Origin: Curvularia clavata
Taxonomy: Eukaryota
NCBI GenBank assembly: GCA_023920165.1
Contig: CP089279.1
Span: 2,294,001 to 2,358,000, forward strand
Reading direction: 5' to 3'
Length of the DNA stretch: 64,000 nucleotides
Positions within the stretch are counted from its first letter, which is position 1; every line of letters begins with the position of its first letter. Both the position numbers and the translations under genes were made by a program. A model generated the notes under the pieces. It did not search any database. It had not been told where the DNA came from and was given only the letters and a program-made list of their open reading frames with translations. This document shows, one piece after another, positions 34,702 to 47,040 of this stretch.

Positions 34702-35542
34702 ATGCATTACACAACAACCACCTTTCTGACTTTACTAGCCAGTACAGCATCTGCTGCTGCTGTTGGTGACTGGCAACAATGTACGCTCAGTGTACCTACT
34801 TTGACACATAAACTAACTCCAGCACAGGCGGCGGCATTAACTGGACTGGTGGAACAACATGCAACTCTGGTTCTGGATGCGTCAAGATAAAGTACGACTA
34901 TCTGCCGACAAAAGTGAATTAACAACTCTGATTATATCTAGTGACTACTACTCCCAGTGCCAGCCCGGAGCAGCCCCTGCACCAACCCCCCAACCCACGC
35001 CTACCACAACTGCTTCTAGTGAACCTGCTCCCAGTGAACCAGCCGTCAGCAGCACGCCCGCCGGTAGTGGACCAGGAACAACACTTCAAAGCGGTTACTA
35101 CTGGATCCGTGCCGTTGCAGCGCCCAACTTCCACAAGTACATGCAGACGAAGCCCCTCTACTCGACCGGCGCCGCGCTCCTAGGCGACTACACCACCGCC
35201 GGCCAATTCCAAGTCGTCAGCGGCCAACTCGTACAACTCGTTTCTGCGCCAGGACAGCCTGTCAAACTTCTCTACGCTAATGTCGCCGAGGAGCGCTCCA
35301 TCAACAACATGTCTCTTGCCGTAACCTTCTCCGAGAGCAAGAATACGTACGGCACATTTGCCTGGGGTGGAGACGATCTACAGTGGAGTGTGGCTAGTGT
35401 GAATAGGCCGAATAAGAGCGCGTGGTATGTTTGTACCGGCCAGAAGATGTACATCAATCTGGGCAATTATTTGTATCAGACACCGAGCGGATGTGCGGAT
35501 CAGACGATTCATTATTACAATGACAAGACGGCGAATAGCTAG
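34702..35542 (+). CDS. Secreted CBM1 (cellulose-binding) protein with a P/T/S linker and an uncharacterised C-terminal domain
   Basis: Spliced WQQCGGINWTGGTTC..GSGCVKINDYYSQC is a CBM1. Introns 34781-34827 and 34892-34941. Confidence 0.93.
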
Positions 35543-35885
35543 AGATTGTGCGGAGGTTTCTTCGTTGAGTATTCGGAAGATGAACTATATACACGCTGTT
35601 CTTTGATCTCGAGTTCTCGTGCAACAAAGTGAACACTCATGTTGTCGATCACAAACCAGTCACGTCAATCAAGCAAGTGTTGTGAACATAGAGGAAATTA
35701 GAGACACCCATTTCTATTGTTATTATAACTACCTGCAGATGCCTTTCCGTTCTTCCTTTGCCCTCTCAAGTCCAACGCATCGCCTCTGCTGCCAAGTGTT
35801 GAACGGGCCACAAAAGATCGAGCGTTGCCTTGAGAAAAACAAAAGAAGACAGCAAATCCATTTAAGCAATTCGATTGCAAACAGT

Positions 35886-36283
35886 TCAGCAAGTAATTTT
35901 GAAAGAGTTAGTCGGTCCCTTAGGTTCGCACTGTCCCCCATTCTGCTTGTGCACTTCCGCGGTTCCAGTACAGTCACTCGCGAGGTAAAGATTCACTGCA
36001 CGAAAACAGTCAGCTTTTCCACAAATTCTTAGGGAATAGTCAAAATACCTTGGCAAGACGGACTAGTGGCATCAAATGTCTTGATATTCGTGCTGCCTGG
36101 CCACATTCCGATGCATTGGTTAGGAGGCAGTTGAGAGCGCGTGTTGACGGAACAGAAGGTGCCTGGTTCCGGGGTGCAGGCAGTGCAGTTCCAGGTTGTG
36201 AAGGAGATGGAGTCGTAGGCTGTAGCTGTTGTTGAGAGCAGAAGGAGGCTGGAGAGCCGGGAGACTGTGGTGGAGGGACGCAT
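35886..36283 (-). CDS. Small secreted Cys-rich protein (114 aa, 8 Cys), effector/antimicrobial candidate
   Basis: Exons 36283-36049 and 35995-35886 with a canonical intron (GTATTT...CTGAC...CAG). Signal peptide MRPSTTVSRLSSLLLLSTTATA. Ends ...SFKITC*. Confidence 0.85.
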
Positions 36284-38294
36284 GGTTAGGGTAGTTGGAA
36301 ATGAAGTGTTTTCTTTCGAGGGAAGATTTGTAAATTGAGGAGAGGAGATGGGGTTCGTATTATTGAGAAATTCAAGTAGAATGGAAACCGAGTTTTTTTT
36401 ATATTTGCGTGGTGAGTTGAGGCAACCAGTGGGGCGAAGGTCATCGTGGTGGTACAAAATCCCAACGGTCGACTGATGACAGGCGGATTGTGGGACCGCG
36501 CTGACATTTGCACACAGCCCATTTTTTTTCTTGTTGGTCTTACTTGGAAATGTGGGATTTTGAGACTTGAGAGTAGCTATGTGTAGTGCGTATACCAATA
36601 AGCTATCACGACCCATACATCATAGGTAAACGAATTATTCGGGGCGTTCCTCGGTCAGCAATTGGTTAGCCAATAAGCTTTTGATTTTTAGTTGTAAGAC
36701 TCGCTCGCTAATGGCTCATAGACGAGAGACAAGAAGGTCTTGGTAATCAGATGATTGTTCTAGCGGGGATTTTAAAGCGAGATAGATATGTTGGTGGCGA
36801 GACTAGTCCTGTCATCTTTCCAACATTTGACTGAGTCCATGCTTTTGCCCGTCGTATCCCACTGCCGAGACATTCCATTTTGATCTAGCGTTATTATTTC
36901 TCAGTTCCATTTACGCCCGAATTATCTACTGACAGCTCAAACAGCAAAGGAGCTTTTGCCTCGCAAGCTGATACTAATTATGATACTAATTAAGTTAGAT
37001 TTTGTCGTAGAGCGACAGCCTTGCATATTAGTAGGGTTATGAGGACTGGCTTCAAGCATATTTGGAAGATATTGTGGTCATTCGATCGTTCACAGAAACA
37101 TTTGATGAACGTGGTGTGTGGAATATCATGTAATAGTGATGAGAAATGTCTGCAATGGTCAGCTGGCGACCCCAATTCCGTCCATTGACCTGATACCGAT
37201 AGCTCAATCCTAAATCTCGATCATGGATGATCTAGGGAAACAATCTCAGCCAAGTGGCGTATTGCTTGCGAAGCAGGAATGAATGGAATGAAGATGCGCG
37301 TGTTGCGCGCTAAAGTATGTGGAACACTCCGGACTGAAACTTATTCTGCTCTATTGGTCTTGTTTGGGTTCTCTAAAATCCATCATAAGCATCTGACACA
37401 TGACATAGCTGCATGAGAATCCTTACTGCATGTTCACAAAGGCTGGTTCCAGGTGGTAAGACAAGACCAGTCCACGTTCAAGACGAAGTCATTACGGGGA
37501 AGGCTGATGAACAAAAAAGTGATACAGAATAGGTTCTCGAGAGTTCTTGAAGGTTTGATCCATTGGTGCAAGGGTACTTATTCTACCTCCCCCTTAGTTT
37601 CTCCAGTCAAACTGCTAGCCAGGTTCGAGACCCGATCGGTGCAATGGGCTTCGCCTTGCTGAATCTGTAGTAGAATCGTAATACGTGGTTGGTGACCATT
37701 AATGTTCCATTGGAACAATGAAATCGAAAGTAGACCACTTACTACTAGCAGCGCCAGACTCTACTTACGTACGGCTCAATTCATACTGCAAAAGTGGATT
37801 CGGATCAAGAGAACCCTTGAACTAGTCTAGGGGGTTTCAACTTCGAAGGGAACGCCTAACAGCATACCATTTTGCATTTCATGGTTCACGGAGCCACTAT
37901 GGTGTTTCTTTCGGGGGTGTTCGGACTCGACCTTGTATCATGTGACCATGGACACTAGCTTCAAGTTTCTTGATATACGCGTACTTGTAGGCTTCATTAG
38001 ACGAAGAAATAGCACGGAATATTTCATCAATAGTCCAAGCATTGCGTATAGTACTCTCCGTCCAGCGAATCGCTAAAACACCTCTTCAGCGATGCTTCAA
38101 CTTAACGAATTTGTGGTAATGACAGGTTTTCTCTAGCGCAAGAGCGGGCGTTCTTAAACTGTATTGCAGATGTGTCAAGAGTAGATGTATGTATACTATA
38201 GGCACAAGCGTGAATGTGATTTCATTTCTAAATATTTTTCTTTTTCCTGTATAGTAGTGACAGCTTGGGTATATTGCACAGCTCTTGTGGTTCT

Positions 38295-39490
38295 CTAAGC
38301 CCTCTTGCCAAAGACCTTATCGAAGCCCGTCAAGGTTATCCTGTACCTGACGTCCTCGTTCTTGTATACGCGCTCAACAGCCTCCTTGCAACCCTCTTCG
38401 CTGATTTGAATTTCCTGTACCCAGCTCTTGATGTTTTGCTTGGAGGCGAGCTCAAACATCTCCTCCATCTCGGGCCTGTTACCAATGTGGGATGCACCCA
38501 TGTAGCAACCGTTGGGTGCAAAGATCTGAGCGGGCATGGGAGGGAGCGGGTTGTCGGGGAAACCGACCATGTGGAAGGTTCCGTTGACCTTGAGGATGGA
38601 GAAGTACTCCTGGAGGTCGAACTTATCGGTGGCGTCGGCAGTGTTAATGACGAAGTCGAAATGGAACTTCCATGGCTCTGACCAGCCCTTCTCCTTGGTG
38701 ACAATGAAGTCCTTGGCACCCATCTTCAGAGCATCTTCCTTCTTGTTCGGGGTGTGCGAGATGACGTAGGTCTCGGCACCCATGGCAACGGACCAGAGGA
38801 CACCGAAGTGACCAAGTCCTCCACTTTGACACGTTAGTTACTGGTAGATGACGCAGTATTTCTGGGAAAGCTTACAGTCCAATAATGCCAACCTTCTTGC
38901 CGGGGCCAGCTCCTAGCCTCTTCAATGGCGAATATGTGGTAAGACCGGCACACAGCATAGGAGCTGCGAGAGCAGTGTCGAGGTTGTCAGGGATCTTGAA
39001 GACGAAGTACTCATGTCCTCGAATATGGCTGGAGTAACCACCTTGTGCAACAGTGCCGTCGGTGTGCTTAGCACCGTATGTGTCAACAGAGTTGGGGCAG
39101 TAGTTCTCCTGGTCGGCCTTGCATTGTGCGCAGGTAAGGTCGGCTCCGATCTGGGCGCCAATACCAGCACGGTCGCCAACCTTGACCTTGGTGACCTTTG
39201 ATCCGACCTTGACGACCTTTCCAATGACCTCGTGTCCTACGCAAAGGGGAAGAGGAATTGAGTCTCCCCATCCACCAGTAATGGTGTGGATATCGGAAGC
39301 GCAAACACCACAAGCGTCAATGGCGATGTCGACATCGTGGTCCTCAAACTTCTTGAGGGGCAGCTACAAGAGAGTCAGCAATACCATTGGTGGGAAAATC
39401 GCGTCGAATTCTGACCTCTTTACGTGTGAACTTGCTCCAGTTCTTGATGTCAGTGACGGCAAAGGCGTCAGTGGTCTCTGGGTAAGGCAT
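38295..39490 (-). CDS. NADP-dependent zinc alcohol dehydrogenase (Adh6/Adh7, cinnamyl-ADH type)
   Basis: CGVCASDIH, GHE, GDRAGIG, PMLCAG, GxGGLGH, YRITL. 3 exons. Confidence 0.93.
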
Positions 39491-40773
39491 GATGAAGTTG
39501 AGATGGGGATCAAATGTATGGAAAAAAAGTACGGTAAGATCTTCAGTCGAGGGGCAGGTGTTGAGGGGCAGCGGTCGGTATTTGAAGCACCGGAAAATCT
39601 ACGGCCAGCTGTTGAGTTGACCCATCGTCACTGGCCAGTGATATCATAACAGCGGACGAGCTCTAGAAGGCCCCCGCCATGGGGAGTTGTGGAGCCGTCT
39701 GATTGGATAGCGACACAGCCATTGGAGGGATATCTGCTATTTCGCACATGGTACCTTTTCTTGACCCGTCACCGACGCGTCAATGATCGCGCTTTTGACC
39801 GTTATCATCGCGATTTTTGCGCAGGACGTTAACAACTCGATCTAGGAGCTGTCCAGACTCAGCGCCTAGTTCGCGCTACACATAGGTCCATTCCGGCGCT
39901 GCCGAAGTATGGTGCAACTCATCAGGGATTGTCTCGAGCTCTCAAAAGGTCTTGGTCGCTTGGAAATGCCACTGTGAGAAGACGGCACAACGGCTCTGGC
40001 ATAGGTAAAGCGTTGGCGAGCGAATGCGTTTCCGAAGTCGTTCCGATCGGCTCAGTGACCGATGAGGCCTTGTTCCGACCGCCGACTATTGCCGACGTCA
40101 CCACCCTGCATCCTGCAGCCATCATCGATACTTCATCGGTGTTTGGTGTCGCTTCGTCGTCCATAGTAACGCACTCAATCTGAGCTACGTCTCCTTATCC
40201 CGCCGTCGTTCTTTAACTTGAAGTGGTGCCACCAATCTTTGAAGTATTGCGCCATGGACAGAGACGTTCGTAGTTGAACAAGCTACGAAGCTTCGTCAAC
40301 AATCAGATTCTGTGTCCGAAGTCCAGCCCACAAAGGTCTTCCATAATCAGGGTTGTATCGGCTTTTGCGCTCATAATGTTTGTTTCGTCTCGGAAAAATG
40401 GACCTTAACTCTCAGGCCCGCTCGAACTTTTTCGGTGCGCAATACCCCGCACCCTTCAATGCGGGGTGATAGGCTCAAGGCTTGCTGAATAGGGTAAGCC
40501 GTAACGGAGATATCCATGGCAACAACCTGCTCTTCTGCCATTCGAGCAGAGCGGAAGGCCAGAAGCTGCCGAGCATCGTTATGATAGGTGTGAGGCTTTG
40601 AGCGTGACTTGCTTGTATTCCGGTTTCAACGGCTGTGTTCTGTTGGCGTTACCGTCTACCTTCTTCTGTTCCTGCCCCTCTCTTGGCCATCGCATTTAAA
40701 CCTCAAGCTTTTAGGTAGCCAGATAGCTGTGATAAAGCCTAGAAACATCCCAAGTTTAGAGTCATTCTGAATC

Positions 40774-41959
40774 ATGCCCTCGCAAGAACGAACCATGAAT
40801 GCACTGCGGTTCCATGGTCAAAAGGACCTGCGATTCGAGAAGATCCCAATACCTGAAGTAAAGCCAGGACAAGTCAAGATAAAACCAGCGTGGGTAGGAA
40901 TCTGTGGGAGTGGTATGTGTGATTCATTGATCAGTAGAACAACGTTACTGACGTGTCTTTATACCTCCACGAATATCTCGGTATGTATGCGCAATGACGA
41001 AAATACGGCCCCAAACTGAGTACCTAGGTGGACCAAATCTATGCCCTACCACACCCCATCCAATCACTGGAGAAACAGTCCCACTTACGTTTGGACACGA
41101 GTTTAGTGGAACAATAGAAGAAGTTGGTGAAGGCGTCAAAGACTACAAACCTGGAGACAGAGTCGTTATTCAGCCAATCATCTACGATGATACCTGTGTT
41201 GCATGCGAAGAGGGTTTGCACAACTGCTGCTGGTCCAATGGATTTATCGGTTTGTCTGGTTGGGGTGGAGGACTGGCAGATCACATTGTCGTCCCAACAT
41301 CCACTCTATACCATCTTCCTGACAATGTGCCGCTTGAGATTGGCGCCCTAGTCGAGCCTCTAGCTGTTGGCTGGCATGCCGTCAAGGTCAGTCCGTACAA
41401 GAAGGGTGATAGTGTCCTTGTCTTGGGAGGCGGACCCATTGGAATCGCAACCATTTTAGCACTGAAGGCAAACGGATGCGACAAGATCATTGTCTCGGAA
41501 ATCAGCAAAAAGAGGCAAGAGTTTGCGAAAAACTTTGGCGCACACTATATCATCAACCCCACAAAGGAAGACCTCGCAACCCGCTGTCGTGAACTCACAG
41601 GGGGCAAAGGTGTGCATGTCGTTTATGACTGTGCTGGTGTCCAGGCAGCGCTCAACCAAGCCGTCCATGCCACACGCGCCCGCGGCTGTATCGTCAACAT
41701 TGCTATCTGGGAGAAACCATGCACCATTCAAACAAACGACTTCAACTTCAAGGAGCGAAGCTACATGGGCATCGCAACGTACGAAGTTGGCGATTTCCAG
41801 GAGGTGATTGATGCACTCAGCAGAGGTGATATGGATCCAAAGGACATGATTACGCAAAAGATAGCTTTGACGGAGGTGGAAGAGAAGGGCTTTAAGAGTC
41901 TGATCAACGACAAGGATAACCAGGTCAAGATTTTGGTTGAGGTCGGCGGTGGGAGGTAA
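40774..41959 (+). CDS. Zinc MDR, 2,3-butanediol dehydrogenase-like
   Basis: GICGS(DLHEYL)GGP, GHEFSG, ALVEPLAVGWHAV, GGGPIG. The 18-nt exon 40963-40980 has an AT acceptor. Confidence 0.9.
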
Positions 41960-42287
41960 AGACATGGAGGACGACATCTGATATATGGGTAATCTATTGA
42001 CTTTAACAGTACAAGTGCAGGCGATTTTCAGTCATATACCATGGCGGTTTCGTTTATTTCATATCTTTAGGTTCTAATATAACGACCGCAGTCTCTACAC
42101 ATATTGGCGTATGACATTTTCAGTCTTACTTCATTGATACAGTTAACATGCTGTGCATCTATTATTCCTGATCCTATGTTTGCAGATATCTCCATATACT
42201 TTTGCTGAACCTGAACACCTGATAACGTCCATCAATAGTATATGCTGTGATATATTTATAGAAGCCTTCTCGACGAGAGCATTATTC

Positions 42288-43049
42288 TCACATCATGGAC
42301 TTCGCCGCATGCCAACCAGCAGCCCAATGCCACAACCTAGCATCAACAATCTTGCCCTCCTTGTCATACTGAACCAGGCGATCGTACAGCTCATCAAGAG
42401 GTACGACAACGCGTTCAATGAACTCGCCATCATCCAGCGCCTGCTCAGGTTCCTTATCACCCTCCTTCAAATTGACCTCCACTATAGCAAGCTGCATATT
42501 AGCCGTACTCAAGCCTGGATCAGATACGATGGTGGGGCTGATAAACTGGAGTTTGCCCTTGTACCCCGTTTCTTCGTGCAGCTCGCGCAGACTCGCCTCG
42601 CTAGGCGATTCTTTTTCGTCGACTAGGCCGGCAGGCAACTCAACGCAGACTGCGCCGACAGGCGGACGGTACTGCAGAATGATGATGGTTGAGGGTGGAC
42701 GCGAAGGATGTCGAATGATGGTGGTGATGGCAACGGCGTCTACGCCTGCTTTTCCTCGTGTCTTACGTGCGGCGGCTTCCCATACGCGGTCTCTGCCTGT
42801 CTGATCTTGCCACGAGATTTTGTGAAACTCAACCCATTTGGCTTCGGTGGCGGGTAGCTGCTCTACCTTGACGATCTTGGGCTCCTGTGGCATGTTGTAG
42901 GCTGCGTAAAGGTGGGATGCGCTGTGAAAGGCACGTGACTGGTAGTTAGGGAGGTGTGATAGGATGGGTAATGAGGATGCACTGCGGAATGCGAAGTTGC
43001 CGGTGGATGTTGGGATTTTGGCTAACAGGGATAGCGGGCCTTTGTACAT
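42288..43049 (-). CDS. YSA1: Nudix ADP-ribose pyrophosphatase (Ysa1/NUDT5-like)
   Basis: QYRPP, ELPAGLVD and the RELHEETGY Nudix box; DPG. In-frame ATGs at 43049 and 42893. Confidence 0.88.
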   Translation of the reverse strand: MYKGPLSLLAKIPTSTGNFAFRSASSLPILSHLPNYQSRAFHSASHLYAAYNMPQEPKIVKVEQLPATEAKWVEFHKISWQDQTGRDRVWEAAARKTRGKAGVDAVAITTIIRHPSRPPSTIIILQYRPPVGAVCVELPAGLVDEKESPSEASLRELHEETGYKGKLQFISPTIVSDPGLSTANMQLAIVEVNLKEGDKEPEQALDDGEFIERVVVPLDELYDRLVQYDKEGKIVDARLWHWAAGWHAAKSMM

Positions 43050-43259
43050 TGACGGTTCTGTGGTTCTTGAGAGGAGTGTTCAGGGCATCAATCGCTGACG
43101 TACAAGACTTGGAGCTCCAACTACCCCCACGTCGCGTTGTCGCGAGAACACGTGCAGTACCATATGACATCACAGCCACTCTATAGAGCCTCTCACCATT
43201 TGCACTAGTAGAGATGTTGATATGATAACTGAATATCTTGATGTTATTCTCAAATGCAA

Positions 43260-45077
43260 TCAGCCCTTCGCAGTTCTAATATCCGTTAATCTAACCATTA
43301 ACGGGCTCTTCTCCCAAGTATTAAATGCTTTTAGTCCCTCAAACTCGCCCTTTGGATCCCATAGCTTTCCACCGCCCTCAGCAAACTCGACATCGAAATT
43401 CCACAAGAGAGCCGCTAGAATCAATCTTAGCTCCAAGTACGTGAGATTCCTACCAATGCAACCCCTAGGTCCCAACGAAAACGGCTGTGCGGCCTTCCGC
43501 ACATCGCTGCCAAACCTGGCGTTAGAATCTGGCGTCTCGAGGAACCGCTCTGGAATAAAAGTGTCGGGCTCGACGAAGTTCAAGGCTGAGTGCGAGGCGC
43601 CCCATGAAGAAACAGCAACGGCAGTATTTTCAGGAACGTGATGACCATCGATGACTGAGCCGCCTTTGGGCACTGTGCGCAAGAGGCCGACCGGAACAGG
43701 GGGAAAGATGCGAAGACCTTCCTCGATACAAGCGTTCATATAGGGTAACCCGCTGAGGACATCCATGTTGATGTCATCCTCAGTCTTGCACGCTCCTCTT
43801 ATCTCGTCTTTTAACTTTTTGAAAATCTCTGGGTTGCGCAACAAGTAATTAAGTAGCCCACAGAGCTCGGTGGCAGTTGTCTCGCTGCCCGCAACGATGA
43901 AGAGAGCTGCGTTCATGATAACTTCATCGTCACTGACTTCGTTCTTCTTTTCACGCTGTTTCAAAATATACCAGATGAAATCGCGGTGTTCAGTCTTCAA
44001 ATTCATCCTTCTGACAGTCTTCTCAGTAGAGTTACGCAAGTGACGCAAGCGACGCTCGCGGACCACGCTCGGAATACACCACATGAGAAACTTCTGCGTC
44101 AGGGATCCGGGTTGGGCGAAACGGCGGGTAGCTTGCTCAATCGCGCCAGATTTGATAGATTCGTAGATTAGCACGACCCAGTTTGCGGACTCGGAACCTT
44201 CACCTAGAATACTGTTTAGCACTGCCAACTTTTCGAACATTTCCAGTTTCGCATCCTCATAGAGATGCAATCGGAACTCATACCTTCTCGAAGACATCCA
44301 AACGGCTCACCAAAACTCAAATCTCCAATGATGTCAAACGTGCAAAAATTGAACCATGATACCATATTCGCTGGCTTGCCCCCTTGTGCCAGCTCCCTCA
44401 ATCGCTGGACAAACAAATTAACATAGCCCTTGAGAATTGGCTCTTGCTCCATAAGCGCCTGCTTGGAGAATGCATGAGCCAGTGCTCTCCTCTGCCGTGC
44501 ATGCTGATCGCCTGGCGACATGGTCAAGTTCGTGGCCCCGGGAATGGCTTCCACGGCGCCAACGTGGATAGGGTCCTTTTCCATATTGGCCTGGCCGATG
44601 CGGTGGCCGTAAATGTCGTCCCACGCTTTTGCCGTGTTGAAAGACAGCTCATTTGGCATAACCCGTACGACTGGTCCGTATTTGTCATGGTGTCGCTTGT
44701 ATTCAAAAGCGATGCGACCGCGTAGGAGCGATATTATGGAAGGTACGGGCGAGATGCGCCAGAGTAGTGGTCCAGGGTATCTGGCAAGAGGATGAAGTGT
44801 GAGGTTGTAGATTGCTGTCAAGACGAAGTATGCAATGAACTGAAATCGTCAATCTAAATATTTCTAGCTGATCGGAAGAATTGGCATACAGCAACTGGCG
44901 TCCATATTGCAACCTGGCGAAGGTGCTCTTCGTCTATGATTCCCATGGCAAACTCTGAAATCAGTGCACAGCCTTGAAACGCAAACGTTACTGGCTTGAA
45001 AAAAGTAAGACCAGAATACGAGGATGCGATAGTCAGATGGCAAATCTAGGCAAATATACCGCACCTAGTGATTCCAT
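43260..45077 (-). CDS. Cytochrome P450 (CYP65/Tri11-like clan)
   Basis: HPLARYPGP, AGSETTAT, EGLR, PERF, FSLGPRGCIG. 4 exons. The first exon (MESL, ATG 45077) is tentative; an alternative start is 44946. Confidence 0.93.
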
Positions 45078-45660
45078 GGGTCCATGACGTTCTAAGCACT
45101 AGGACGCGCAGGAACTGTCGCTCCTTCGTCAGGCTTGTAACGGCAGCGCCTCGCCAAAGCATTTCCGACTCGGGGCTATCAACATGCAGAACAATGAGGA
45201 AACTTGCCTAATATATCATACGATGACCATTAACAATCAACTAGGCCATTACAACCGTGAGAGTGATGTTCCACGACATGTATCAACTCGCCTTACATTA
45301 TATTGCCTGCAGCTTAATAATTACTCATGGTGTTGGAAAAGGACAAGACGAGGCTGGAAATACTTTAGCGCCATGTGCTATGGAGAAGGACGGACCCCGC
45401 ATAACGAATGCAGAGCCCCGCGTGGGAGACCCGCCACATGAGTTTGTCGAAGTCGATTCGTGCGCTTACCTCGGATAGCGAAGACTGAATCGCAGTAGCA
45501 TTACTGCATGGTTCGATCCGAGGACCGTAAGTTGCTCAACTCGTACATATGTGAGACGAAAGTGGGTGAGACATCATGGGAGTCCGGTGGTCTGTCTACA
45601 GGTTTGAGAGAAATGGTGGTCCATAGACCGCTTTGATAAAACTGCATTTTCCGAGCTTCA

Positions 45661-46481
45661 CTATGATTTAATGGCGACAGGACGCGTTATCAAGCCTTCG
45701 CTGCTTACAGCTTTAATAGCCTCAACCCAAATCATCGCCATGTGCCAGTAACCAGCATATGATCTACAACTATTAGCACCACACCGATGTGATCTTGACG
45801 CAGACAACTTACGGGTGAATATCATCAGCTAATTCTTCAACTCCTACCACACTATGATCTACGACTCTGATCTTGAACCCTTTCCTCGCTCTGTCTTCTA
45901 CAATCTTTGGAACCGCATCATTATAAGTCCGGATTCTGTCATTCGTCTGTTGCTTTCGCGCTTGTATGAGCTTCGCAACAAGCACTACAGCATCCGGGCA
46001 TGTCTCCAGGACGCCGTCCAGCAGGCTCCCCAACTGCGTTGGGGCATTCTTCCACATTTTACTGTCCGAGCTATCCAGATCAGTCGTACCCACATGCACC
46101 AACACAATGTTCGGTCGCATCTCCAACCCTTTCTTCATAGCGGACATTATCTCTCCAATAGTAGCATTAACATGACCCTCGTTATCATTGTCAAACATGA
46201 GCCCCGAGTGCTGCGTGCCGACCAAGTCAGCCGATTGGTAAAATGCCCAGGTGAGCTCATGCAGCATCTGAGCTCGATACCCATTCGTGCCCTCCTCCTG
46301 CTTATCGGGATGCCAGCCCCATGTGATCGAGTCGCCAAGCGGGAGTATACGGAGAGGAATGCGAAGGTCTGCGTGAGGTTTGCGGCGCAAGCCGAAAAGG
46401 AGAGAGATTACTAAGGGGCTGGTTAGCAAACATGCAAGGTAAGGGGTTGGATTGAGCGCAAGTGACGTAAACGAACAACAT
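45661..46481 (-). CDS. SGNH/GDSL hydrolase, carbohydrate esterase family 3-like
   Basis: RILPLGDSITWG, NGYR, DNEGH, HVGTTD, DDIHP|SYAGY. The 5' micro-exon (ATGTT at 46481) is tentative. Confidence 0.85.
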
Positions 46482-47040
46482 AGATTGCAATTATGGTTTC
46501 CTTTGAAAGTCGCATCGTGGACATGTACCATGCGACAATGGGAGAGGGAGGGTGGGATCAGTCGCTACAGAAGAGGAGTCAGAACATACATAGGAACAAG
46601 ACACCGCCTATCGCGATGGCTCTCAAGGCCGTCCTGTATCGCGGGCCTCCCAGGATTGGGATCATGGTGGCGTATCTAGAGTATTCATCTGTTGTGGTCT
46701 TGGATGCCTCGTGTTACCGTGGCTGAGGCCGCGTGGCTGGCCGGAATCCTAACTGTTAACCCTTGGGCACGTCATAGCGCCGTCCGGAACAAGGGGGCTC
46801 AATGCTACAGTAAGCCTGCGTAGCTAACGTAGCGTTCCGAATCAACAACACATCTGTCCGTGTGTTGTGTCCGGAAAAGTGTATGGGAGGGTATGAAGTG
46901 CAAAGGCGCATCAGTCGGCGTGTGTTGTGACTTCGCTCAGGGTCCCCCGCTAGTTACGCTAGTCAGGACATGAAGCTGGAGACCTCGTCGACTAAGAATA
47001 CATTCGAAACACTTGAGACTTGAACTTCATTTTCACTATA

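Noticed and set aside
36620..38200. 1.6-kb gene-free interval as a possible transposon remnant
   Set aside because: No terminal repeats, target-site duplication or transposase/RT motifs are visible.
39922..40375. Short ORFs between the two divergent dehydrogenases
   Set aside because: No homology cues or splice support; probably promoter DNA.
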